From Pyrodictium delaneyi (GTDB taxonomy: Archaea > Thermoproteota > Thermoprotei_A > Sulfolobales > Pyrodictiaceae), in assembly GCF_001412615.1 (NCBI RefSeq), contig NZ_CP013011.1, positions 1,170,001 to 1,202,000 of the forward strand: a DNA stretch of 32,000 bases, written 5' to 3'. Both the position numbers and the translations under genes were made by a program. Under the pieces are notes generated by a model. It made no database searches, was not told the DNA's origin, and saw only the letters and a program-made list of their open reading frames with translations. How positions within the stretch are numbered: position 1 is the first letter of the stretch; the number at the start of each line of letters is the position of its first letter. Positions 25,807 through 32,000 of the stretch are shown here, in pieces.

Positions 25807-27027
25807 CTACTTGACCTTCTTTTTAACTAGCTGTGGGATAGAGGGCCTAATGAGCATTAGAGACACGAGCATGGCTATGAACAATTGAGCGCTTTGAATA
25901 CTCCCTCCCAGAAGTCGAGCCAAGTGTAGAAGCGGTAGACCAGCATAGGGGATCCTCACTATTTTCACACCTAACACACTAGAGGTTTCTACCGGCGCAT
26001 CCGGTGCACGATTATTGTCACCCTTTGTTGTAATCATTACTTTGCCGTTTTCGTCAATTGATTTGTTTATGACACGGTGTAGCACTATAGCGTCGCCAAG
26101 CCTATAGGCTATTATATCACCTGTCCTGACGTGATCTGTGGGTTTTACTATCACTATATCGCCAGGGTTTAGTGTAGGCTTCATGCTCCCTGTGAGTACC
26201 ATGAGGGGCCAGTAGCCCATCCATAGAGCTATGAGTAGGAACATTGCTAGCAATGATATTGTTGCTATCCAGTAGGGGTTACCATTATCTTTTGAGGCCC
26301 TCTTTTCGCGGTGGAGAACAATGCCTTGACCAAGAATAGTGATTACAAGTATTGCTGGTAGAAGGATGGCCATATTATAGATTGGTGCGGCTACGGCAGG
26401 TAGTATGGGTAGAAGCTTAGCGGGCGCATCTATTGCTATAGCATATACCATGGCATGGTTTCCAGAAGCGTATCTGGCGAGCATGTATATAGCTATGGCC
26501 GTAAAGGCTACTGGTAGCAACCCCATAGCTGTTGCCAGGGGGGCTCGAGTACCGGACAACATTAGCTCAATTTCGGACATAGTGAACTTCGTAGAAAGCA
26601 TAGATATAATATATCCGATGTGGGCCAGCCACGAAAGGAATCGCTGGTTTTTCCAGTAGACTGCCAGTGAGGCAACCGCAGCTCTACCGGCAGCTAGGGG
26701 TAACAGGAATATAGTGTTAAATACTGCAAAGTCTATTGATGGTGCTAACGGGTTAATGGCAAATCCGCCTATTAGACCTAGCCCTGAAAGCAATGCAATC
26801 CAGAATGTTAATGCTAAGATGGTCGACAATGAACCCTCTCTAGAGTAACCATAACTTCTTGAAAGACCTCCAGAGATTAATGCGGCTACAATAGCAACTA
26901 TTGATGCTAGAGCTGGTAAAACATAACTGTATATACCCCGATATACTTGTAGCATCAGAAATACAAACACAGCTGCATACGACGATATCACCAAATAAGC
27001 TAATAGTCTTCGCGACGCGCTACCCAA
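25807..27027 (-). CDS. type I signal peptidase (archaeal/ER, SipW-like S26 catalytic domain) fused to an N-terminal polytopic membrane domain
   Basis: The C-terminal 150 aa carry the S26 boxes LTGSMKPTLNPGDIVIV (Ser nucleophile), IIAYR...IVLHRV (His of the Ser/His-type enzymes) and TKGDNN, followed by a last TM (AQLFIAMLVSLMLI). The N-terminal 250 aa are about 7-8 hydrophobic helices with no motif I recognise. The start is uncertain (TTG 27027, with in-frame TTG/GTG shortly after; the first ATG is at codon 25). Confidence 0.75.
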   Translation of the reverse strand: MGSASRRLLAYLVISSYAAVFVFLMLQVYRGIYSYVLPALASIVAIVAALISGGLSRSYGYSREGSLSTILALTFWIALLSGLGLIGGFAINPLAPSIDFAVFNTIFLLPLAAGRAAVASLAVYWKNQRFLSWLAHIGYIISMLSTKFTMSEIELMLSGTRAPLATAMGLLPVAFTAIAIYMLARYASGNHAMVYAIAIDAPAKLLPILPAVAAPIYNMAILLPAILVITILGQGIVLHREKRASKDNGNPYWIATISLLAMFLLIALWMGYWPLMVLTGSMKPTLNPGDIVIVKPTDHVRTGDIIAYRLGDAIVLHRVINKSIDENGKVMITTKGDNNRAPDAPVETSSVLGVKIVRIPYAGLPLLHLARLLGGSIQSAQLFIAMLVSLMLIRPSIPQLVKKKVK

Positions 27028-27205
27028 CTCTACTTGCCCCTGAATTACTGGTTTATTTATTGTATCATAGATTCATTGATTATTCAATATAAGATATAAA
27101 TGAGATTATAATAAACGAAGATAAATTAAAAAGGGTTAGCCAATGATCGAGGTTTGCACCACTAACGACTTTGAATTATTTAACAATCTTTCCTACATTA
27201 AGCAC

Positions 27206-27871
27206 TTATGGTACGTTATATTCGTTCCAGGCTATGGCGTCAAACTCAATAGTTATTGTTAGGGTTTCACCTTGAGGAGCTTCCTGTAATACAGTTATGT
27301 CAAGGCTGATGTCTGCAGAGTTGCATGGATGTAACTGTTTGCCAAAATTGTCGCCCCACCATATAAGTACGTCGTTTTGCCCGTCTCCGGTAACGTCTAT
27401 TTCTACACCTTGCTGTAGTTCATGTTCATTAATTTCAAAGTAATACGTGCCGTCGAGGAGTATACGCCATATCTTGAGCGGTATTGTTCCGTCGTTATGG
27501 ACCTTGAACGCCACGTGTGTGTAGTACCATGGGTAAACATTGTGCAGCGTTATCTGCATGGCATCGTAGTCTCCATCACCATCGGTGTCAAGTAGTTCTA
27601 CCTCTGTGCAGCCCGTATCTTTATCGAGTTGAAGGGCTCCAGGTGACGGTAGATAGGACGCGTTCCAATCGTATCCTCCTGTATAGCCATATCCTGGAGG
27701 TAGTCCGCACCCATCAAGGTAGATTATTCCGTCCATTATTTCCCAATCGAGCTCGCCGGTAGCTACTTCGGCATTCACTTTTAGCGTTTCACTCCAGAGA
27801 GCATAGGCGCTTGCTATAGACATTGCTATAATAGCTATGAGTGATGGTATGAATAGTTTGCTCCCATACAT
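27206..27871 (-). CDS. secreted TasA/camelysin-like fibre subunit candidate (larger paralogue) with SipW-type signal peptide
   Basis: MYGSKLFIPSLIAIIAMSIASAYA|LWSETLKVNAEVATGELDW ... NVYPWYYTHVAFKVHNDGTIPLKI ... QLHPCNSADISLDITVLQEA ... ITIEFDAIAWNEYNVP. The post-signal motif, the Q/LHP segment and the terminal F.A..WN resemble B. subtilis TasA (AAFND..TFASGTLDL, LKPGD, FEATQWNG) as I remember it. It is a paralogue of 28022-28573. Confidence 0.65.
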   Translation of the reverse strand: MYGSKLFIPSLIAIIAMSIASAYALWSETLKVNAEVATGELDWEIMDGIIYLDGCGLPPGYGYTGGYDWNASYLPSPGALQLDKDTGCTEVELLDTDGDGDYDAMQITLHNVYPWYYTHVAFKVHNDGTIPLKIWRILLDGTYYFEINEHELQQGVEIDVTGDGQNDVLIWWGDNFGKQLHPCNSADISLDITVLQEAPQGETLTITIEFDAIAWNEYNVP

Positions 27872-28021
27872 GTGTGTTCAACTCACGCATATCCAAGACT
27901 TGATCTGGTTTGTTGATGGAGCTGGAGGGTGTGTACCCAGCCACCCCCACATAGATATGATTCTAAAAATTATGTGGCTATATGATGCTTCCAGGCAGAA
28001 CGTCTTCTGTCCTCTTAATGA

Positions 28022-28573
28022 TTACGGTACTTCGTTCCACTGAGCGAATACTAGTGTTACTTCGAATGTGTAACTGCCATTCTCCGCAGCGTCCTGGAGT
28101 ACAGCTATGTCTAGTGTGTATGTGTGGGTGTCACCTGGATGTAGCTGAGTATCCTGCGGCGTTAGCAGACCTACAGCTAGAGCTGTCGTGTTGACGCCAT
28201 CTATACTGCTACTGTAAAGCTTGACTGGTATAGTGCCTATGTTGGATATATTCATGTATACTTGCACATTGTACCCTGGATAGGCATTGTCCACTGTGAC
28301 TAGTAGCTTTATTACGTCGCCTTCTTCGTCTAGAATCTCTACATCAACGTTGCAGGAGGCTACGTCTTTACCTTCTTCGTTATGGAATTGAGAGTTGGGA
28401 ATTTGTGGGTCCGGGCCAGTATCGCTGCACATCCAGTCTGTAAATGCTACATCGACTTCTCCGGTATTGACCTCAGCATTTATCATCAGAGTTTCACTCC
28501 ACATTGCAAAGGCGCCAGCTACGGATGCTAACACGATGCCTAGAAGGGCTATGCTGTATATGGGATTTCTCAT
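28022..28573 (-). CDS. secreted TasA/camelysin-like fibre subunit candidate (smaller paralogue) with SipW-type signal peptide
   Basis: From ATG 28573: MRNPIYSIALLGIVLASVAGAFA|MWSETLMINAEVNTGEVDV ... NAYPGYNVQVYMNISNIGTIPVKL ... QLHPGDTHTYTLDIAVLQDA ... VTLVFAQWNEVP. It shares all landmark blocks with 27206-27871. The ORF track extends it to TTG 28600. Confidence 0.65.
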   Translation of the reverse strand: MRNPIYSIALLGIVLASVAGAFAMWSETLMINAEVNTGEVDVAFTDWMCSDTGPDPQIPNSQFHNEEGKDVASCNVDVEILDEEGDVIKLLVTVDNAYPGYNVQVYMNISNIGTIPVKLYSSSIDGVNTTALAVGLLTPQDTQLHPGDTHTYTLDIAVLQDAAENGSYTFEVTLVFAQWNEVP

Positions 28574-28767
28574 ACTTGGTTCAACTCGCACTTTGGTCAA
28601 GTAGTAATAGTCATGAATAAGACATAAAAACGTTGATTATACTTAGAATCTATTAAGGATAGGTATTACAAATACTTTGTAGAAAGATACAGTACTGATA
28701 AGGACTAACAGTAAATATAGTAAGGAACTAGCTACAAAATATACTACTGGTATGCTTTACTCGTAAA

Positions 28768-29607
28768 TTACTCGTAGAGAATCTCAGTCTCTATACTTGT
28801 ACGCAGAATTTTAGAGAGAGTTTTGGCTATATTGTATACGAATGATTCGCAATATTCGATAAAACTAGTACAAACGACTATAAGGTTATAGGAATCATCT
28901 TTACGATCGAGATCAATGCTTGCAATACCATGTGAGACGTCAAGTATATCAAATACTTTTAAAACTATATCTTCTACGAATTCGGTGTTTTGGCTGGTTA
29001 GTGTACTACGAAATCTATCAACAATCTTGAAGACTAGGCTATGAGCTATCCACATGGCACCGAGATTACTGTTTTTCAATGCCTCGGCAAGTTGTCCACC
29101 CAACCTCAGCGCTTCACCAGCTGCCTCGTTGCCATAGAGATTCCGGAGAGTCAACTCATCTAACACTAGAGCTGCTTCGAAGCTTCGGAGGACCCCTAGC
29201 TGTCCTACAGCTTCTATGGCTCCACGCCTTATTGATCTAACTACCTCTACGGCCCGTCTTGCAGAGAAACCGTAACGATAAACAAGGTATCCGGCAGCTA
29301 GCGTTGCACTGCGCCCCTTTCCGCCAAAACAATGTATTAGAACTCTCTTGCCCTCCTTAGCAGCACTTAGTGTTATCTTAGCAGCACGATAAAGCTGCCA
29401 GAGACTCGGCCATGCGAAATCCGGTATAGGGATGTGGATGTACTCGACACGGCTTTGTAACAGCGAAGGATCATAGGCTAGCTCGTGGGTTTCAACAGCA
29501 GCTATAACTACATCAAATTCTTTAGTAATGTAAGGCAGTACGGCTCTATCAAGCATCGGAGAGAACGCCACGTATTCATCGACTGGAAACACGTCAAAGA
29601 CTACCAA
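28768..29607 (-). CDS. protein-tyrosine/dual-specificity phosphatase with a C-terminal extension of about 120 aa
   Basis: The P-loop HCFGGKGRSATLAAGYL (HCxxGxxRS/T) sits in an N-terminal domain of about 155 aa. The listed start is TTG 29607, so the start is uncertain. The 3' third of the gene (about 28768-29100) is much more AT-rich than the phosphatase part. Confidence 0.75.
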   Translation of the reverse strand: MVVFDVFPVDEYVAFSPMLDRAVLPYITKEFDVVIAAVETHELAYDPSLLQSRVEYIHIPIPDFAWPSLWQLYRAAKITLSAAKEGKRVLIHCFGGKGRSATLAAGYLVYRYGFSARRAVEVVRSIRRGAIEAVGQLGVLRSFEAALVLDELTLRNLYGNEAAGEALRLGGQLAEALKNSNLGAMWIAHSLVFKIVDRFRSTLTSQNTEFVEDIVLKVFDILDVSHGIASIDLDRKDDSYNLIVVCTSFIEYCESFVYNIAKTLSKILRTSIETEILYE

Positions 29608-29702
29608 GGTTTAGCCTCCGCTATGTCTCAGTAATGATACGGATCTGTAGACGGTGAAGATATGGTTAAGGGTACAGCGATTAGAATTAAGGGTTAATCT
29701 TG

Positions 29703-29779
<77 letters not shown>

Positions 29780-29820
29780 CCCGGAACCCCGGCGGCCGTG
29801 TCACCAAGGAGACAAGCTGA

Positions 29821-29834
29821 GGTTTTATCAAGTT
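29821..29834 (-). promoter_or_regulatory. tRNA promoter element (shared motif, copy 1)
   Basis: Plus-strand GCTGAGGTTTTATCAAGTT reads AACTTGATAAAACC on the tRNA strand. It lies about 45-55 nt upstream of the tRNA-Asn 5' end. A near-identical copy precedes the next tRNA. Confidence 0.5.
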
Positions 29835-29999
29835 TACGCGCTACAGATGTAATGCAGTATGAAGATTACTACAATTGCGTATTAGGTCTAGAAGGGTTTA
29901 GGACTATGCGTGACTAAAGTCTGGTGCGTACACAGTAAGGAGTTGATTATAAGTCGTAGAGCGAAGTAGAAGGAAGTCTTGTGGACCGGGGCCCAGCGA

Positions 30000-30076
30000 T
30001 GGTGGGCCCGGGGGGATTCGAACCCCCGACCACCCGGTTATGAGCCGGGCGCTCTGCCGGGCTGAGCTACGGGCCC
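30000..30076 (-). tRNA. tRNA with anticodon CAT (elongator Met, or Ile2 if C34 is agmatidinylated), CCA encoded
   Basis: Reverse complement: GGGCCCG TA GCTC AGCCCGGCA GAGC G CCCGG CTCATAA CCGGG TGGTC GGGGG TTCGAAT CCCCC CGGGCCC A CCA. The GGGCCCG acceptor and discriminator A resemble archaeal tRNA-Ile bodies, so the identity is ambiguous from sequence alone. Confidence 0.85.
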
Positions 30077-30111
30077 ATACCCCGTGATTACTAGTCTAGG
30101 ACCCGGGGCTG

Positions 30112-30125
30112 GGTTTTATCAAGTT
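30112..30125 (-). promoter_or_regulatory. tRNA promoter element (shared motif, copy 2)
   Basis: Plus-strand GCTGGGTTTTATCAAGTT contains the same 14-nt core GGTTTTATCAAGTT as 29821-29834. It lies about 36-49 nt upstream of the tRNA(CAT) 5' end. Confidence 0.5.
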
Positions 30126-30358
30126 ATCGGTTCAGTTTCTTGGGATTCAGCTGACGGTATTATCGAATAGTATAGGCTTCGTGCTAGCAGCATAAAACCC
30201 ACTATGGTTATTGGATAATACGCTGGTATTGGGATAGTGCTTCCATAAGGTGAAAGAGATATAACTATACGATGGAAGTTGGCCGGGCATAACCTCAACT
30301 ACATCGCATAGCAGTGTAGCTACACGGAGAGAGTAGAGTATGCGGAGGTGTGTAGTGT

Positions 30359-30547
30359 ATGGCGTGTGAGAAGGCTGTGAAGGTTCGTGACCCGACTACT
30401 GGTAAGGAGGTTGAGCTAGTACCCATCAAGGTGTGGCAGCTAGCCCCCAGGGGCAGGAAGGGCGTAAAGATAGGCCTATTCAAGAGCCCAGAAACCGGCA
30501 AGTACTTCCGCGCCAAGGTACCAGACGACTACCCAATATGCAGCTAA
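30359..30547 (+). CDS. cren7: chromatin protein Cren7
   Basis: [62 protein letters not shown]. It is near-collinear with the Cren7 sequence I know (..[42 protein letters not shown]). GGAGGTG lies 8 nt upstream of the ATG. Confidence 0.93.
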   Translation: MACEKAVKVRDPTTGKEVELVPIKVWQLAPRGRKGVKIGLFKSPETGKYFRAKVPDDYPICS

Positions 30548-30671
30548 ACCCGTGCTCGAGGGAGAGCCCACAATCTCAACTCATGGTTTTTCCCCCGTCT
30601 GTGTCCCTCCGCTAGGCTTAGCCCTATTGGGTGTCACGTACGGTAGCCTCTTCTCCCTGGGCAGGGGGTGT

Positions 30672-31166
30672 ATGCAGGGAGATTGGCTCCTGCCAGTAGT
30701 CTACCTAACGTGTACTAGAGCCGGGCTGGACCGTACAAGTCTTGCACGGCTGCTTGGAGTGCCCGGCTCTACCGCGAAGAAGCTGGTCTGGGCAGCTGCT
30801 CGCCGGGGGCTCGTCAGAGTAGAGGAGGGCTATATCCGGGCTACTACTCGGGGTCTAGAGCTTATAGAGAAGGTAGAGTATGTTGCGAGGAGAGCTAACA
30901 AGCTAGTATTCCTTGTGCAGGGCCGCTTGTTGATGGTTGTTGTTAGGCCTCGGCGGGGGCTACGTGCTTACAGCATACCCTCTAGCTTAGCATGTAAGGT
31001 CTACAGTGTGGTCGCCAGCGGCGTGGATAGCCCGCGCGAGGTTGCAGCGAGGACTGGTACTCACCCGAAGACAGCCTCTATAGTGATGCGGGCGCTCCAG
31101 GTCCTCGACTGTCCGGGCGCAGACTGTGTACTCGCTGAGCTCTGCGGCCCCGGCGGTAAGGAATAA
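30672..31166 (+). CDS. hypothetical protein with two winged-helix-like segments
   Basis: GC-rich ORF. The segments are LDRTSLARLLGVPGSTAKKLVWAAARRGLVRVEEGYIRATTRGLELI and DSPREVAARTGTHPKTASIVMRALQVL. ATG 30672 is preceded by GGGGTG. The ORF track extends it to GTG 30552. Both the coding status and the product are tentative. Confidence 0.4.
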   Translation: MQGDWLLPVVYLTCTRAGLDRTSLARLLGVPGSTAKKLVWAAARRGLVRVEEGYIRATTRGLELIEKVEYVARRANKLVFLVQGRLLMVVVRPRRGLRAYSIPSSLACKVYSVVASGVDSPREVAARTGTHPKTASIVMRALQVLDCPGADCVLAELCGPGGKE

Positions 31167-31270
31167 ACCCCTCCCCTAGTAGCATACAGCCATGGGTTGA
31201 ACCCCCGGCTGACCCGCGCATGATGCGCGGGGATGAGCGTCATGGTGGGCCCTGAGAAGCGTGCCTGGAT

Positions 31271-31407
31271 GGGCCCGTAGCTCAGCCAGGCAGAGCGCCG
31301 GGCTCCAGACCCCGGTTGCCGGTCCACAAAGGCGCTGGGTCTGTCGAGCCCCTGGATGAGAGGGAGAGACCCGGCGGTCGGGGGTTCAAATCCCCCCGGG
31401 CCCACCA
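31271..31407 (+). tRNA. tRNA-Trp (anticodon CCA) with a 60-nt intron at the canonical 37/38 position, CCA encoded
   Basis: Exon 1 (31271-31308): GGGCCCG TA GCTC AGCCAGGCA GAGC G CCGGG CTCCAG. Intron: 31309-31368. Exon 2 (31369-31407): A CCCGG CGGTC GGGGG TTCAAAT CCCCC CGGGCCC A CCA. CTCC (31303-31306) can pair with GGAG (31363-31366), leaving AGA bulges on both sides at the splice sites, which is bulge-helix-bulge-like. The exact junction could shift by 1-2 nt because of the repeated AGAC. Confidence 0.85.
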
Positions 31408-31590
31408 TGCATCTACTCGCCGCTTCCACCGTCCTCCCCATGTCCACGGCTTGCATTAGTTAGAATGCTTGTTATGCTAGCGTGCCACCCTCTTTCTCTG
31501 CGTCTTGCCCTCGGAGCCTCCCTGGCAGGGGTTACTGTCTTTAGCCCTGGGTAGAGGTAGCCGGCCCACGTAGGAGGTGTAGGAAGGGCG

Positions 31591-32000
31591 ATGGCGAGCA
31601 GGGTGAGGGACCCAGCTCTAGCGGATAGGGGCGCACTCCAGATAGAATGGGCAGAAATGCATATGCCTGTTGTAGCCAAGTTCATCCGCGAGAGGTTCAC
31701 CCGCGAGAAACCACTCCAGGGCGTCCGGATAGGTGCTGTCCTCCACGTAACCAAGGAGACGGCGGCGCTCGTTCGCACACTAGCAGCTGGCGGCGCTGAG
31801 GTCCGGCTAGCTGCAAGCAATCCGCTGAGTACTCAGGACGATGTGGCAGCGGCTCTTGCCCGTGAGGAGGGCATAGAGGTCTGTGCCTGGCGCGGGATGA
31901 ATGAGGAGGAGTACTTCTCCTGTATACGCTGGGTAACAGAGTGGAGACCCAACATAGTCATAGACGACGGTGGCGACCTCCACGCCATGCTTCACCGCGA
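31591..32000 (+). CDS. ahcY: S-adenosyl-L-homocysteine hydrolase (5' part; continues beyond the window)
   Basis: Not in the ORF track because it is open at the window end. ATG 31591 is preceded by GGAGGTG. My translation MASRVRDPALADRGALQIEWAEMHMPVVAKFIRERFTREKPLQGVRIGAVLHVTKETAALVRTLAAGGAEVRLAASNPLSTQDDVAAALAREEGIEVCAWRG... contains the conserved LHVTKETA and SNPLSTQDDVAAAL blocks of AhcY. Confidence 0.88.
   Translation, partial: MASRVRDPALADRGALQIEWAEMHMPVVAKFIRERFTREKPLQGVRIGAVLHVTKETAALVRTLAAGGAEVRLAASNPLSTQDDVAAALAREEGIEVCAWRGMNEEEYFSCIRWVTEWRPNIVIDDGGDLHAMLHR

Noticed and set aside
30295-30615. ORFs 30295-30516 (-) and 30433-30615 (+) overlapping cren7
   Set aside because: The Cren7 frame (30359-30547) is unmistakable. 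The alternatives are Arg/Pro/Ser-rich off-frame translations.
31219-31257. ATGATGC ... CCTGA upstream of tRNA-Trp, considered as a box C/D sRNA
   Set aside because: The C box is imperfect, the spacing to CTGA is about 25-28 nt instead of 12, and there is no second box pair. The ATGATG lies inside the GC hairpin, which explains it better.
31309-31368. Box C/D guide inside the tRNA-Trp intron, as in euryarchaeal pre-tRNA-Trp
   Set aside because: The intron has only a degenerate GATGAGA and no CTGA. The complementarity to the anticodon region is explained as well by the splicing (bulge-helix-bulge) structure.
31061-31995. Minus-strand ORFs 31061-31456, 31413-31820 and 31807-31995
   Set aside because: They overlap tRNA-Trp and run antisense to the clearly recognisable ahcY reading frame. 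They are long only because the region is very GC-rich.

Overview
This window looks like a chromosomal segment of a hyperthermophilic crenarchaeon (Thermoprotei, Desulfurococcales-like). The lineage call rests on a Cren7 chromatin protein gene, a crenarchaeal-type archaellum operon with an ArlX-like gene, an intron-containing tRNA, CCA-encoding GC-rich tRNAs and box C/D sRNA-like modules. About 40 features are supported.

Layout from left to right:
- 1-11.2 kb: housekeeping genes. These are taw1 (partial), a minimal ogt, initiator tRNA-Met, NAPRTase, YjbQ, thioredoxin, BtpA, an MTHFR-like gene, gatC and an MBL/beta-CASP nuclease. An AT-rich orphan gene of 726 codons sits next to the initiator tRNA.
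- 11.3-20.3 kb: a complete archaellum locus. An ArnR-like membrane-bound regulator is divergent from arlB, followed by arlX-like, arlG, arlF, arlH, arlI and arlJ. Two extra AT-rich genes are inserted between arlB and the arlX-like gene.
- 20.4-23.3 kb: a 791-aa CARDB/Ig-repeat surface protein and a membrane-tethered winged-helix protein.
- 23.8-29.6 kb: an AT-rich island abutting a tRNA-Asn / tRNA(CAT) pair.
- 30.3-32 kb: a GC-rich block with cren7, a winged-helix ORF, tRNA-Trp with a 60-nt intron, and the 5' part of ahcY.

The most interesting content is in the AT-rich island. It encodes two paralogous secreted proteins with TasA/camelysin-like landmarks and SipW-type signal peptides. Next to them is a type I signal peptidase catalytic domain fused behind a roughly 250-aa polytopic membrane domain. 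The island also carries a glycosylation-rich bitopic membrane protein, a winged-helix regulator and a protein-tyrosine phosphatase with an unexplained C-terminal extension. I read it as an archaeal TasA-superfamily extracellular fibre system of the bundling-pilus/cannula kind, with an unusual processing and assembly component. A GC-rich nested hairpin lies inside it.

No CRISPR array, integrase or transposase was seen. All calls come from reading the sequence and from remembered family motifs. No database search was run.
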